Counted from the stretch's first letter, positions 12,498-30,460 are shown. The stretch: DNA of 64,000 bases from Eledone cirrhosa (GCA_964016885.1 OZ024757.1:2728001-2792000); one strand, 5' to 3'. The notes: generated by a model from the letters alone, not told the origin. Program-made: numbers and translations.

Positions 12498-12709
12498 CGA
12501 TCGTTAAATAATGAACTTTTTTTGTTTAATATAAGGAACTGTTTCATTGTTTTATTCATTATTTTTTTAATATTTTATCTTGACTCTGTATTCCGTTTAT
12601 CTTTCACCGAAAGTGATTTTTCATTGCATCTCTTCTTTCCATGATATCCGGATTACATTGAGTTCTTCATACGGATTGGACACTACCGTAAACTCTTGGT
12701 AGATTTATC

Positions 12710-12780
<71 letters not shown>

Positions 12781-12838
12781 GCATATATATATATATATAT
12801 ATATACATATATATGTATATATATGCATATATATATAT

Positions 12839-12893
<55 letters not shown>

Positions 12894-13158
12894 AAACGCC
12901 ACCAACAGTTTTGTAAGAGATGTTAACATGAATGGATCTGTTATTTTTATCTAAAGACATTTTTTCCAATTCGAGCCCACCCGTCCCCCTCAATCTATTT
13001 TATTTCTCATTCTTTCTTCTGATGAAGGACTAGCGTCTGAAACCTTAAGACCCTCTTCCTGCTATATCAAACGTTAACCTAATATATGCCTTCCATATAT
13101 TGTACCGATTGTGTTGTTATTTCTGTTTACCTTTTACATACATACATATATATCAAAA

Positions 13159-13243
<85 letters not shown>

Positions 13244-13558
13244 CATATATGTAATAATAATAAATTTGAAGACTAAAGTATATTACATATACACACAATA
13301 TCCAGTTCTTTATTTTATTTAGAAGTGATGAGGATACTAATTCATCACCCGTTGATGAGCCAAGAATTTGATATACCTCTTTACAAATAATATTGCGAAA
13401 CGGTTCCATAAAAAACCGTCCGGGTGAATGGTAGTCACTACAATACTGGTTTGTATTCATTCTTCTTGATTTATTCTTAAATTGAGTCTAGCAAACCCTA
13501 TTGTCTGTAGATAGTATTTTTTTCACCTTAGCATTTCTGGTCCATTACGATTTGAACG

Positions 13559-15975
<2,417 letters not shown>

Positions 15976-16038
15976 ATATATATGGATTTTAGTCTTCAAA
16001 TTTATTGTTATTACATATATGTATATATATACATATAT

Positions 16039-16121
<83 letters not shown>

Positions 16122-18104
16122 CAAATAACGAAACGAAATTAAATTTCGTTTCGTTTGTAACTCACTTTTGTATGACTGACGCTTAAACAATTAAGTTAAA
16201 AATGTACATCCACATATGTATACTGAAATACTAGTATGCATATGAATACACACACGTATACATATGTAGATGTACCGAGTTTTTCACTGGTCACTTTACT
16301 GTGAGTGTCCAGCTATTCTGTATGTAAACACACAGACAAACCGGTTTTTAGAGTCATACTGGTTTTTGAGGAAACACCTTTCCTCTATTCTCTAGAAAGC
16401 CAGACAAGGAATATTGAACTAGTTTCGTTGTTGTTACAACTCATCAGCAATATTTACCTATCTTCCGGCCCTTCTAGAGAATCGTAAAAGCACATATCGT
16501 TATATGCTTTTTCTATGAAAATTAGTAGTGGGCAGACTAATTTGCATAGAGCGTGAGTACGTACCGGTTCAACGGAGACGATAAAAACAAATAACGATAT
16601 ATATATATATTATTAGAAATGTAAGCTATCGCCGTATTTTGACTAAAGAAATTAAATAAATTATTTAGCCTGATAGTGGGGTTAAGAACCCTCGGAGAAA
16701 TGGAAAAAGATGCGTATTGAGGTACGTCAATACTCATCTTTTTCTTAACCCCACCATCAGGCTAAATAATTTCTTTAATTTCTTTAGTCAAAATACGGTG
16801 ATAGCTTACATTTCTAATAATATATATATATATATATGTATATATGTATATATATACATATATGTAATAATAATAAATTTGAAGACTAAAATCCAATGAT
16901 GTATATATATATGTATATATATATGACTTTTTCGAATATTAATATTCGGGTGTGGTGTCCTCTGTAAAAAGGACACCACACACGAGGCACTAAAACTTGC
17001 TTCCTGAAGCTCCCACACTTCACTAACGAAACAACAACAGCCATCCGCAGAGCTATCAGACGAGAGGGACTAGATATCCAACTGGCCCACTCAGGTCCTT
17101 CTCTACGCGGAGAGCTAACCAAAAGACACTCCACATGACAGCCTCTGCAGGCTAGCCAACTGCCCCATCAACGACACAGACCTATGCCACCAGGATTACG
17201 TCGAATACAGACTAGAGTGCGACAAATGCAGCAACTTCTACGTAGGTAGCACCACCAGACCACTTTACATAAGAATAAAATAACACCTCAATACTAATGC
17301 TTCCTCATTTAAGAAACACCTAGTTAAATGCAAAAACACCGACAAAAACATAATAGTTAGGATAGAAGGTAAGGAAAGAAACCTCGGCAATCTTAGAATT
17401 AAAGAAGCACTGATTATAGACAAAACGCAACCACCAATCAATAACAGACTAGAACTCAACACCCAATTTTTAACATGATAGAGCTCCTAGCCCCACACTT
17501 ACAGTTACACGTACCCTCTCTCACACACACACACACACGCACGCACGCATACACATACACTTACACCTCCACTTATTCTCTCTCACACACACACATACAC
17601 ACACAAAGACCAGTTTTAACATGATAGAGCATCTAGCCCCCACATTTACATATAGACATATCCTCTCTCACACACACACACATACGCATGCTTACACCTT
17701 CACGTATCCTCCCACACACACTTAAACGTACATGCCCAAACCCCTTTTAAAGGGAGACAACTCTTTATCCACCTAAACACCACTCTTTGACATTAGAGAT
17801 AAAATGGAATTTCTATACCATTTCCTGTCAGCATAACTTGGCAAGCTAATTAGAACACTGGTTTAACCCCTTTACTTCCCTCCGAAGAAGAGACATTATC
17901 TCGAAAATTAAGGATATTCAAATAAATTTAAGGTAAAAGACTAGTTGTCAACAATATCTTTTGCATTTGTATTTTTATTCTATATCCATACCTGCATTGT
18001 TTTGGCCTTCTAACTCCAAACGTTTATACCTCATTACGCAATGCTTCAAGTAAACTACAATTTCCTCCTATATATATATATATATATACATGTATATATA
18101 TATA

Positions 18105-18159
<55 letters not shown>

Positions 18160-18161
18160 GC

Positions 18162-18192
<31 letters not shown>

Positions 18193-18207
18193 TATGTATA
18201 TATATGC

Positions 18208-18277
<70 letters not shown>

Positions 18278-18300
18278 GCATATATATATATATATACATA

Positions 18301-18386
<86 letters not shown>

Positions 18387-18406
18387 TATATATATATATA
18401 TACATA

Positions 18407-18461
<55 letters not shown>

Positions 18462-19320
18462 TTATATGTATATATATATATTTATATATATTTACATATA
18501 TTTACATATATATATATTTACAAATTTGTGCATCTGCTGTGGTGTCAAAAACAAACGCACATGACCGCACAAATAAACAATGGACCATGCCACGTGGCTT
18601 GAACCCGTAAGTGAATTGAAGGTTCTGCAACTCTGATACACAGATTATTTATTATTAAGATGTATAAACTTGACGTAACTATTATCATCTTATATTCTCT
18701 CAACTAATCACACTTGATCATATTTCTCTATCCCGTTTTCTTCCCCCATAATTATTATATTTTTATTATTATTTGAAAAAATCGTTTTTTTTTACATTGT
18801 GTTTTCCCCTCCAAATATTCGCTTATATTTCTTTATATATTCTCTATATATTTTTTTTTATCTTTATTATTTCCACTTTTATCCTCCTTTATATTTTACC
18901 TTATTCTTACTTTTATACCTTATTATAGTGTAATCTTCCCCATGCCTTATTATACACTATTAATTATAGATTATTATTATTACTCTTTTTCCATTTCTAA
19001 TTACCTCATGTACTTTCTCCTCCGCTATATATATATATATATTGTACGCCCTTTGTGTTTGTGTAGCCTCTGCTTGTGTTTGTGTAGCCTCTGCGCACCC
19101 TCTGCACCATACTATCGACGCCACCCCATCTATGGTTCAGCTAACCACCCGACTCCCGGGAATGAATATGACCGCAGCTAGTAAACAAGGACCCACACCC
19201 CACCCTCCCGCACCAAAATTAGACTTATCGTCCCCTACTTTTGCTCTTTACTCTCTTTACTCTTTGTTCTTGAATGTTTGGTTGGTAGAGTCCATAACAC
19301 CAATCAAACCCCCTTTTATA

Positions 19321-19365
19321 GCTCTGACGAATCCTACGGTTACGTAAGGAAGAAACATTGTAAGC
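19321..19365 (+). ncRNA. Type I HHR in a roughly 470-bp non-coding insert (about 19042-19510)
   Basis: gct-CTGACGA-a tcct acg gtta cgt a agga a-GAAA-cattg-TA-agc. Confidence 0.8.
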
Positions 19366-19727
19366 CAATAAAAATCTTTTGATGTTGTAGACGCTCTTGT
19401 GTTCTTTTTCATATATACGGCTCTGCTCCAAAGCATAGAGCTAATTATTATGCTGCCAATACCTTAATGGGACACGGGTATACAATACCTAACTCCTATT
19501 AACCTAAGTATATATATATATATGTATAAACTAAGTATATATATATATATGTATATATGTATATATATGCATATATATATATATATACATATATATGTAT
19601 ATATATATATGTATATATATATATATGCATATATATATGTATGCATATATATATGTAGTATATATATATATATATATATATATAGTATATATATACTATA
19701 TATATATATATATATATATACATATAT

Positions 19728-20128
19728 GGAAAAGGATGAAACGAAATTTCATTACTCACTCTTAGTACGGCTGATACTCTGATACTCAAATATAGGTATG
19801 TACACGTACAAACATATATATACGTACATGTACACACATATATTATATATGTACGTATGGGTTTACCGAACATTTATTATAATGTTCGGGCTGTTTGTAA
19901 ACAAACAGCCCGAATTACGCCGTACAGTGCTCGGCAACCATCGTCGCCCTTTTCTGCAACACTTGACACAGGAACGCTGTACTAGTTTCAAACGTATTAG
20001 CTATCGTCAGCATCGTATACCTTTCTGTCAGATAATTGAACGTATATATATGTTTGTACGTGTACATACCTATATTTGAGTATCAGCCGTACTAAGAGTG
20101 AGTAATGAAATTTCGTTTCATCCTTTTT

Positions 20129-20132
<4 letters not shown>
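19728..20132 (-). mobile_element. HHR element with inverted termini, in (TA)n
   Basis: ggaaaaggatgaaacgaaatttc.. is mirrored at the right end; minus-strand cgatg-CTGACGA..GAAA-ctag-TA-cagcg near 19974-20015; family members at 47243-47858 and 55380-55490. Confidence 0.8.
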
Positions 20133-20181
<49 letters not shown>

Positions 20182-20248
20182 TTATAAAAAATATTTTGCT
20201 TGTTGTATCCCAACAAAATAAATATAACCTCTACATATACATATATAT

Positions 20249-20282
<34 letters not shown>

Positions 20283-20287
20283 GTATA

Positions 20288-20333
<46 letters not shown>

Positions 20334-20377
20334 AAGTTAAATAAAAGTCAAATGATTAAAATTTAGCTTCGTTTATT

Positions 20378-20432
20378 ACTGCTATATATATTTCAGTGAC
20401 AGCCATCTTTGGCTGTGACCTCTTCAGGCAGT
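20378..20432 (-). ncRNA. Canonical type I HHR
   Basis: actgc-CTGAAGA-ggtcacagcca aaga tggctgtcact-GAAA-tatata-TA-gcagt; copies at 50189-50243 (-) and 51435-51489 (+). Confidence 0.9.
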
Positions 20433-20544
20433 TTGAATTAGTATGGTATAGACAAGTACATATGTTGTTTAGGTGTATGATATTGTCAATACTCTGATAT
20501 GCCCAGTTCCTTGTTGGGTTGTTAATTCACTGGGGAACTGGAGT

Positions 20545-20790
20545 CATATGTATGTATATGTAGAGGTTATATTTATTTTGTTGGGATACAACAAGCAAAA
20601 TATTTTTATAACTAATATAAAGCACTCAACAAATTATTTTTTCAGGGTATGTCAATATTTATTTATAAAACTAACCTATATTATATTTTATCTGATGGAA
20701 GCGCATCATAGTTTGCCTTGGTGGCCCTTGAAATATGTATAATGAAATAAATATGGTTTTATAAATATAGTTTCCATTTGTTAATATATT
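20545..20790 (+). mobile_element. PLE terminal (pLTR) fragment with degenerate HHR
   Basis: gggtatgtca..tattttat-ctgatgG..cttGAAAtatgtaTAatgaaata; inverted partial copy at 20178-20245. Confidence 0.7.
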
Positions 20791-20791
20791 G

Positions 20792-20841
<50 letters not shown>

Positions 20842-20879
20842 CAATATATATATATACGTATATATATATATATATATTA

Positions 20880-22110
20880 GTATCATGAGAGAGCAGAGGT
20901 TTAAAGGGATAAGCGATACATATAGTTAGTTGCCATAAACTGGTGCATTTGTGCTCAATACTTGTGCCTACAGGGTTAAATATCGGAACCGTTAATATTT
21001 AGTGGGCGAGAATATAAATGTAAGGATTACAAAGGAGAATACATACTGTTAGAACATGCTTATACAATAAGCACCTATGTACGTTTCGCCCGAAAAGGGG
21101 TCGTAAGAGCAAGGGGAGTAACTCTGACCAGTGTTTGAATAAATGTCCCTAAATGGCTTATTACCCGTTCACATGATGATTGTTTTCCACTACTATTTTA
21201 TGGGTACCACTTTACTACTGCTTAGTTAGGCCGGATCTGAGAGGCATAGTTGGTATACAGATGTTTAGTTATGCAACCTGCTCGCTGGCGCGTTATGGTT
21301 TGGTGCAGGGGGACCCAGTTTATGGTGTTCAGGTCCAACCATAGAATGACTGCTGTATTCTGTGTTGGCAGTTTATCACAGATTCTGCTCTGCTGTTGAT
21401 GAGCTCTATTGGTGCTCTTACGATATGGTAAAGTTCCATGAGGCAGAACTGGCACTTCCTCTTGAAGTTGAACAGTGTTGCCCTGCTGACAATTTCACAG
21501 TATGTGGAGAAGCTGATGTTGGAGTCTTTCAAAGTTGTGATGTAGTTGGCGAGAGATGTGGAGTACCTTAGCTTCTTGTTTCTAAAAGAGTGGAGATGCG
21601 TTCGAAATCTAGTTTTGAACGAGCCAGAGGTGGCCCCTATATAATGCTTGACGCTATTATGGCTAGTTACGGTGCACCTATAAATATAATTATCTGTCAG
21701 CTTTCCCTGAGCGGACAGGCAGCTTTCCCTGAGTGGACAGCTTCCCTGGTCTCGACAGTTGCAGTGTTGGCCGCGGTCGCTCCTGGTGCCCGAAGTAAGG
21801 CCATTACTATCGCTACCTATGTTATTATCCACACCACCGCCGCTATCTCCGTAGTTAGTACTATTATATCCTAGTGCGTGCGGGGTAGTACAATTATTAC
21901 TCCGCGCGCCACAGCGCCTTCTATTGCCGCCTCGCGACCAGTACAGGTCACCAGCATGCTCCTCAGTCTCACCGCCGTTATTTCGGTTGCGTCTGTTGGA
22001 GCTGCCACCAACACTGTCGGGTGCTGCTAAGGAAACGTTAAGGCTATTAGGGTTGCTGTCAAGTCTAAACCTATCGCTGCTATGGTGCCGTTGTGCTCCT
22101 TCCAGTAGAG
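20880..22110 (-). mobile_element. 5'-truncated Naiad-like PLE (GIY-YIG ORF 21329-21832)
   Basis: CNCRDQGSCPLRESCL..IYRCTV..HYIGATSGSFKTRFRTHLHSF..CQFC..LINSRAE..CQH. Confidence 0.85.
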
Positions 22111-22302
22111 CCCTCTACTTTATTTGCCATCATGTTGGAGAATCAACCGTTACCCATGTCTCTCAAATGTATCCCCTTACCTAGTAGAAAAACATACCTC
22201 AAGCAACTTATCGATGCTACTAACTCATTTATACGGAGAGTAAGATGGAAGGCCTACCACCTAGATAAGGACACCCGTAACCTTCCAGAACCTAAGGAGA
22301 GA
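22110..22302 (+). pseudogene. N-terminal PLE ORF fragment, inverted relative to the adjacent GIY-YIG piece
   Basis: [46 protein letters not shown] is homologous to the start of the 6327 ORF. Confidence 0.85.
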
Positions 22303-22306
22303 TATG

Positions 22307-22446
<140 letters not shown>

Positions 22447-22449
22447 CAC

Positions 22450-22482
<33 letters not shown>

Positions 22483-22505
22483 CACATATATATACATATA
22501 TATAC

Positions 22506-22592
<87 letters not shown>

Positions 22593-22595
22593 CAC

Positions 22596-22628
<33 letters not shown>

Positions 22629-24139
22629 CACATATATATACATATATATATATGTATATATATACACATATATATACATATATATATACATATATATATA
22701 CAGAGAGAGAGAGAGAGAATCGCGGAGTCCTACTATGGAACACAACTAAGTTTTCATATCAATTCCTTTTGTTTGTATTGGAACAATAGCGATCATAAAT
22801 ATATGTTGTTTCGAGAGTTTTACACCCTCATCTTCAGAATATTGGTGGTGTATTCTGGAGATAGAAATGTGGAAGTCTGGAGAGGTTAACAGACTAATGG
22901 GTTTAAGAAGGATGTTGTTCCAAACAAGAAAATATCTAAAACACTTATAAACGTAGCAGAGTGGTGTCTTCTATCGACAAGAGACGTTGAGTCTGACTAT
23001 TATAAGATGAAAATGGAAGTTTAGGTCGCCGAATACTATGTGTTGGGTTCTGGACAACTATTTTCAAAGAATTCAACGAGATTCCTAAGAGAAAAGACTA
23101 ATATAATATAGGCTATCCATCAATAGAATGTTTTGTCTAAAGAATTGGCGGTTTCTTTTTAGCAACTTTCATCAGATTCAGTGAAGCAGACGACAGGAAG
23201 AAGACATTAAGAACAATATAAAAGGAAGTGTATATAGGTCGTTTAAAGTACATCGACAAATAAATATGTCTTGCTTTTCGGGATATTTAATCAGAAAAGA
23301 TCAATAACTCATATATATAAAGATATTCGCAACATTCCCATAGTTTGTAGAGGACTGCACTTAATAAATCTCACTGATGGTCTGGCTATCTGACTGTCTG
23401 ACTGTATGTCAGTCTGTCTGTCTATCAGCCCCCCCCCCCCTCTTACACTTTCTCTTTCACTCCCTCCTCTCTCTCTCGTTCGTTCTTTTGCTCCCCCCAC
23501 CTCTCTCTCTCTCGCCATTCTCTCACTCTCCCCCCCTCTATCTCCCTCTCGTTGGTTCTTTCATTCCCCCTCTCGTCCATTCTCTCCCTCTCTCCCTCTC
23601 TCTGTCTGGTTCATTCTCTGACTCTCTCCCCCTCTCTCACGTTCATTCTCTCCCTCTCTCACCCCCCCTCTCTCTCATTCACTCTCGCTTCCAATGTATA
23701 TCTCGGCATGTGTATGTGTCAGTATGAGCGCACGTGTGCGTTTGTATATACGTATATGGGTGTGTAAGCGTATGTGTATACATGTGTGAAGGTGTGTGTG
23801 TAAATATGTATATAGTTTGTGCGTGTATATGTGTGTCTATATGTTTATGTGTGTGCATATGTGTGTGTATATTTCTGTGTATATTTGTGTATGTATATAT
23901 GTGTGTATATATATATGCATATATGTGAGCATATGTGTGTGTATATATGTACGTAAATATGTGTATATGTGTGTGTATGTGTGTATATATGTATGTATAT
24001 GTGAGTGTATCAGTACATATTTGTATATGTGTGTGTGCATATTACTATATGTGTGAGTTTATGTGTATATATATGTGTGTATATATGTATGTATATATGT
24101 GTAATTGTGTGTGAGAATGTATATAGACTATATATAAAA

Positions 24140-27100
24140 TACTATGTATAATACTATACATGCTATACTATGCACTCTATACACAATACTATACACTCTA
24201 TATACTATATACTCTATACACTATACTATGCACTCTATACACTATACTATACACTCTATGTACTATACTATATATTCTATACACTATACTATACACTCTA
24301 TATACTATACACTCTATATACTATACTATACACTCTATATACTATACACTCTATATACTATACACTCTATATACAATACACTCTATACACTATACTATAC
24401 ACTTTATATATTATACACTCTATATACTATACACTCTATATACTATACACTCTATATACTATACTATACACTCTATATACTATACACTCTATATACTACA
24501 CTATACACTCTATATACTATACGCTCTATATACTATACACTCTATATACTATACATTCTATATACTATAGCCTCTATATACTATACTATACAGTCTATAT
24601 ACTATACACTCTATATACTATACACTCTATATACTATACTATACACTCTATATACTATACACTCTATATACTACACTATACACTCTATATACTATACGCT
24701 CTATATACTATACACTCTATATACTATACATTCTATATACTATAGACTCTATATACTATACTATACAGTCTATATACTATACACTCTATATACTATACAT
24801 TCTATATACTATACACTCTATATACTATACTATACAGTCTATATACTATACACTCTATATATTATACTATACACTATATACTATACACTCTATATACTAT
24901 ATACTCTATATACTATACACTCTATATATTATACTATACACTCTATATACTATACTATATACTCTATATACTATATACTCTATATACTATACACTCTATA
25001 TACTACACTATACATTCTATATACTATACTATATACTCTATATACTATACACTCTATATACTATACACTCTATATACTATACTATATACTCTATACACTA
25101 TATACTCTATATACTATACACTCTATATACTATACTATACACTCTATATACTATACTATACACTCTATATACTATACACTCTATATAATATACACTCTAT
25201 ATACTATACACTCTATATACTACACTATACACTCTATATACTATACACTCTATATACTATACACTCTATATACTACACTATACACGCTATATACTATACT
25301 ATATACTCTATATACTATACACTCTATATACTATACACTCTATATACTATACTATACACTCTATATACTATACACTCTATATACTATACCCTCTATATAC
25401 TATACTATACACTCTATATACTATACACTATATACTATACACTCTATATACTATACTATACACTCTATATACTATACACTCTATATACTATACACTCTAT
25501 ATACTATACATTCTATATACTATACACTCTATATACTATACTATATACTCTATATACTATACACTCTATATGCTATACTATACACTCTATATACTATACA
25601 CGCTATATACTATATACTCTATATACTATACACTCTATATACTATACACTTTATATACTATAAAATCTATATACTATACTATATACTCTATATACTATAT
25701 ACTCTATATACTATACACTCTATATACTACACTATACATTCTATATACTATACTATATACTCTATATACTATACACTCTATAAACTATACACTCTATATA
25801 CTATACACTCTATATAATATACACTCTATATACTATACACTCTATATACTACACTATACACTCTATATACTATACACTCTATATACTATACACTCTATAT
25901 ACTACACTATACACTCTATATACTATACACTCTATATACTACACTATACACTCTATATACTATACTATATACTCTATATACTATACACTATATATACTAT
26001 ACACTCTATATACTATACTATACACTCTATATACTATACACTCTATATACTATACTATACACTCTATATACTATACACTCTATATACTATACTATACACT
26101 CTATATACTATACACTATATACTATACACTCTATATACTATACTATTCACTCTATATACTATACAGTCTATATACTATACACTCTATATACTATACTATA
26201 CACTCTATATACGACACTATACACTCTATATACTATACACTCTATATACTATACATTCTATATACTATACACTCTATATACTATACTATATACTCTATAT
26301 ACTATACACTCTATATGCTATACTATACACTCTATATACTATACACGCTATATACTATACTATATACTCTATATACTATACACTTTATATACTATACACT
26401 TTATATACTATACACTCTATATACTATACTATATACTCTATATACTATATACTCTATATACTATACACTCTATATACTACACTATACATTCTATATACTA
26501 TACTATATACTCTATATACTATACACTCTATATACTATACACTCTATATACTACACTATACACTCTATATACTATACTATATACTCTATATACTATATAC
26601 TATATATACTATACACTCTATATACTATACACTCTATATACTATACTATACACTCTATATACTATACACTCTATATACTATACACTCTATATAATATACA
26701 CTCTATATACTATACACTCTATATACTACACTATACACTCTATATACTATACATTCTATATACTACACTATACACTCTATATACTATACTATATACTCTA
26801 TATACTATACACTCTATATACTATACTATACACTCTATATACTATACACTCTATATACTATACTATACACTCTATATACTATACACTCTATATACTATAC
26901 TATACACTCTATATTCTATACACTATATACTATACACTCTATATACTATACACTCTATATACTATACTATACACTCTATATACGACACTATACACTCTAT
27001 ATACTATACACTCTATATACTATACATTCTATATACTATACACTCTATATACTATACTATATACTCTATATACTATACACTCTATATGCTATACTATACA

Positions 27101-27645
27101 CTCTATATACTATACACTCTATATACTATACTATATACTCTATATACTATACACTCTATATACTATACACTCTATATACTATACACTCTATATACTACAC
27201 TATACACTCTATATACTATACTATACACTCTATATACTATACACTATATATACTACACTATACACTCTATATACTATACTATATACTCTATATACTATAC
27301 ACTCTATATACTATACTATACACTCTATATACTATACACTCTATATACTATAATATACACTCCATGTACTATACTATATACTCTATATACTATACTATAT
27401 ACTGTATATACTATACACTCTATATACTATACACACTATATACTATACTATACACTCTATATACTATATATAGTATATAGAGTGTATAGTATATAGAGTA
27501 TATAGTATAGTATACAGTGTGTATAGTATATTATAGTATTTAGAGTGTATAGTATATATAGTGTATAGTATAGTATATAGAGTGTATAGTATAGTATATA
27601 GAGTGTATAGTATAGTATATAGAATGTATAGTACATAGAGTGTAT
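24140..27645 (+). repeat. TATAC-based minisatellite (16/21-bp units, tatactatacactcta) with inverted end
   Basis: About 3.3 kb of tandem units; orientation flips near 27470 (tagtatatagagtgtatag). Confidence 0.95.
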
Positions 27646-28910
27646 AGGACATAAGGTACTATAGTAGTACATAACATACTATCGTAGGACATAAGATACT
27701 ATTATTGGATATAAGATACTATTGTAAGACATAAGATACTATTGTAGGATATAAGATACTATAGGACATAATGTACTATAGTAGTACATAAGATTCTATA
27801 GTAGTACATAAGATACTATAGGACATAAGATACTATAGTGGTATATAAGATACTATTGTAGGACATAAGATACTATAGTGGTATATAAGATACTATTGTA
27901 GGACATAAGATACTATAGTGGTATATAAGATACTATATTGTTACATACGGTACTATAGTACATATGATACTAGAGTATATAAGATACTATAGTAGGACAT
28001 AAGATACTATAGCAGGACATAAGATACTATTGTAGGACATAAGTTACTATTTTAGGGCATAATTTTCTATAGTAGTACATAAGATACTATAGTAGTACAT
28101 ATGATCCTATTGTAAGACATATGTTACTATTGTAGGACATAAGCTACTATAGTGTTACATAAGATACTATAGGACATAATGTACTATAGTAGTACATAAG
28201 ATACTATAGGCATTAGATAATATAGTAGTACATATGATCCTATATATGATACTATAGTACATATGATACTATAGTTATACATAAGATACTATAGGACATA
28301 ATGTACTATAGTAGTACATAAGCTACTATTGTAGGACATAAGATACTATAGGACATAAGATACTATAGTAGGACATAAGATACAATAGTAGTACATAAGA
28401 TACTATAGTAGTACATAATATACTATAGTAGGGCATAAGATATTATAGGACATAATATACTATATTAGTACATAAGATACTTTAATAATACATAAGATAC
28501 TACAGTAGGACATAAGATACTATTGTAGGACATAACATACTATAGTGGTACATAAGATACTATAGTGGTACATAAGGTACTATAGTACATAAGATACTAG
28601 AGTATATAAGATACTATAGTAGTATATAATATATTATAGGACATAATATACTTTAGTAGTATATTAGATACTATAGTACATAAGATTCTATAGTAATACA
28701 TAAGATACTATAGGACATATTATACTATAGTAGTACATAAGATACTATAGGACATAATATACTTCAGTAGTACATTAGATACTATAGTAGTACATAAGAT
28801 ACTATAGGACATAATATACTATAGGATCTATTATACTATATACTATATTTTAGTATATACTATAGTATAGCATATGTACTATATTGTAGTATGTAGTCTG
28901 TATAATATAG
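27645..28910 (+). repeat. Second minisatellite (about 17-20-bp units, ggacataagatactatagta)
   Basis: Degenerate tandem array abutting the first. Confidence 0.9.
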
Positions 28911-28929
28911 CAACTTTATAGTATGGACA

Positions 28930-30460
28930 CTCTCGTCGTGTTTTACGAGGGCCACAAAACTTTACTTTCCTTTTACTTCACATTTTAGTGTTTGTATCTC
29001 CTGTTGACATGGTTACTGGGGCCATCTTGACAGATGCTCCTCCTCCTCCTCCTCCTATAACGGTCAGCAGTACATTCCTTCAATCCTGGTCGTTCTATTC
29101 CAATATATTTGATCTTATTCTTCAGTTTAACCTAGTATCTAAGAAGAGGTCTTCCTACATTTCACACTCTCACTTGAAGCTGGCCATAGTGAGAATTTCA
29201 GGCAGTCTTTCCTCATTGATCCTAGCAACATGCTCAGCTCACCTTAATTAAGACTTTATTAAGGAGGCCTCTATGTTTTTCTTGTGCCAGAGTACGACGC
29301 CCTCTGGTGAGAATGGGCTGGACCACTACATATAAATAGTAGCGGCCTAGTTGGTACTAGTTCCACAGTTGGTGTGTTGATAGTCAAAGTTGGTACTAGT
29401 TCCACAGTTGGTGTGTTAATAGTTAAAGTTGGTACTAGTTCCACAGTTGGTGTGTTGATAGTCAAAGTTGAAACTAGTTCCACAGTTAGTGTGTTGATAG
29501 TCAAAGTTGGTACTAGTTCCCCAGTTCATGTGTTGATAGTCAAAGTTGGTACTAGTTCCACAGTTGGTGTTAGTATGTTGAATTGTTGGTTCTTAAAATA
29601 TTGCTGTTATGTTAGGTGTGGTTATTGCCGTTTGTTTCGATTATATTATTACACTGTTGCGGTGTATTCGTTTTTGGATAGATGTTGGTTTGGTATATAA
29701 CTTCTGAATTGTTATCACTTCTTTTAGGTGAAACGCTTTAGCTGCAGAAGAACACCAGCTTACGGCTCTTGTGAATCCCAGAAAGTATTAGTTACTACAG
29801 CTGCATCATCTGCAAACAAGAAGTTCTAAAGAATTTTTGTTCCAGTAAGGGTCTTCGCCTTAAATCTTTGATGATTGAAAAGCCCACCTGATGTTCTAAA
29901 TTGACACAAAACACCGTTACTATAGTCTTGAAGGCATATTCTGGCATCAGAGAAAAGTAATTAGCCACCAAAACAGGGGCCTTTACGTACCCCTGTTTTG
30001 TCCCATTTTTGTTTACATGAAAAACATCTGATGAAGTAACATATGACTTAACAGAAACCTGTCTACATGGAAGGATGTTAGAACACTGAGCATGTTATTG
30101 GTAATCCCAGCTTTCTTCAGCACTGACCACAAAGCAACGTAATTGACAGCCAAAAGCCTCCGTTAAATCAACAAAGACCGTAAATAGGTCATTGTTCTTC
30201 CCCCGTTCCTTCTCTGTCACAATCATGTCTGTGGTTCCTCGCCCGGCCCTGAAGCTGCACTGGATTTCCGGATAAACATGATCTATCAGGTGAGTGATTC
30301 TGTTGAGAATAACTGGGACAAGGACCTTGTCTGCCACAGAAAGCACCGACATACTCCGATGGTCCTTTTTCTCTTTTCATTTAAAAAGATTGATGATAGA
30401 TGAGTTTTTAAATTCCTGAGGAACCTGACCATTCTGGCAGATATTCTTCTTGTTGTTGCT
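28930..30460 (-). mobile_element. Decayed RTE-like LINE (RT and 3' end)
   Basis: VPQEFKNSSIINLFK, SVLSVADKVL..ILNRI..PEIQCSFRAGRGTTDMI..FVDLTEAF, LFADDAA near 29800-29820, HVARINEERLP near 29200. Confidence 0.85.
29350..29571 (+). repeat. 39-bp minisatellite (about 5.5 copies) inside the LINE
   Basis: Unit gttggtactagttccacagttggtgtgttgatagtcaaa. Confidence 0.95.

Larger units (their letters stand above)
5579..12714 (+). mobile_element. Near full-length Penelope-like retroelement, probably Naiad-type, with direct pLTRs
   Basis: Direct repeats 5579-6176 and 11915-12714 (second with a SINE inserted), each carrying an HHR; RT plus GIY-YIG ORF; about 3-kb 3' region; flanked by (TA)n. The clade call is from remembered motifs, not a search. 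Confidence 0.9.

Noticed and set aside
24144-27496. 557-, 374- and 393-aa Tyr/Thr/Ile/Leu ORFs
   Set aside because: Stop-poor minisatellite frames.
30025-30040. ctgatga inside the LINE
   Set aside because: No matching stems or GAAA; chance match in RT coding sequence.
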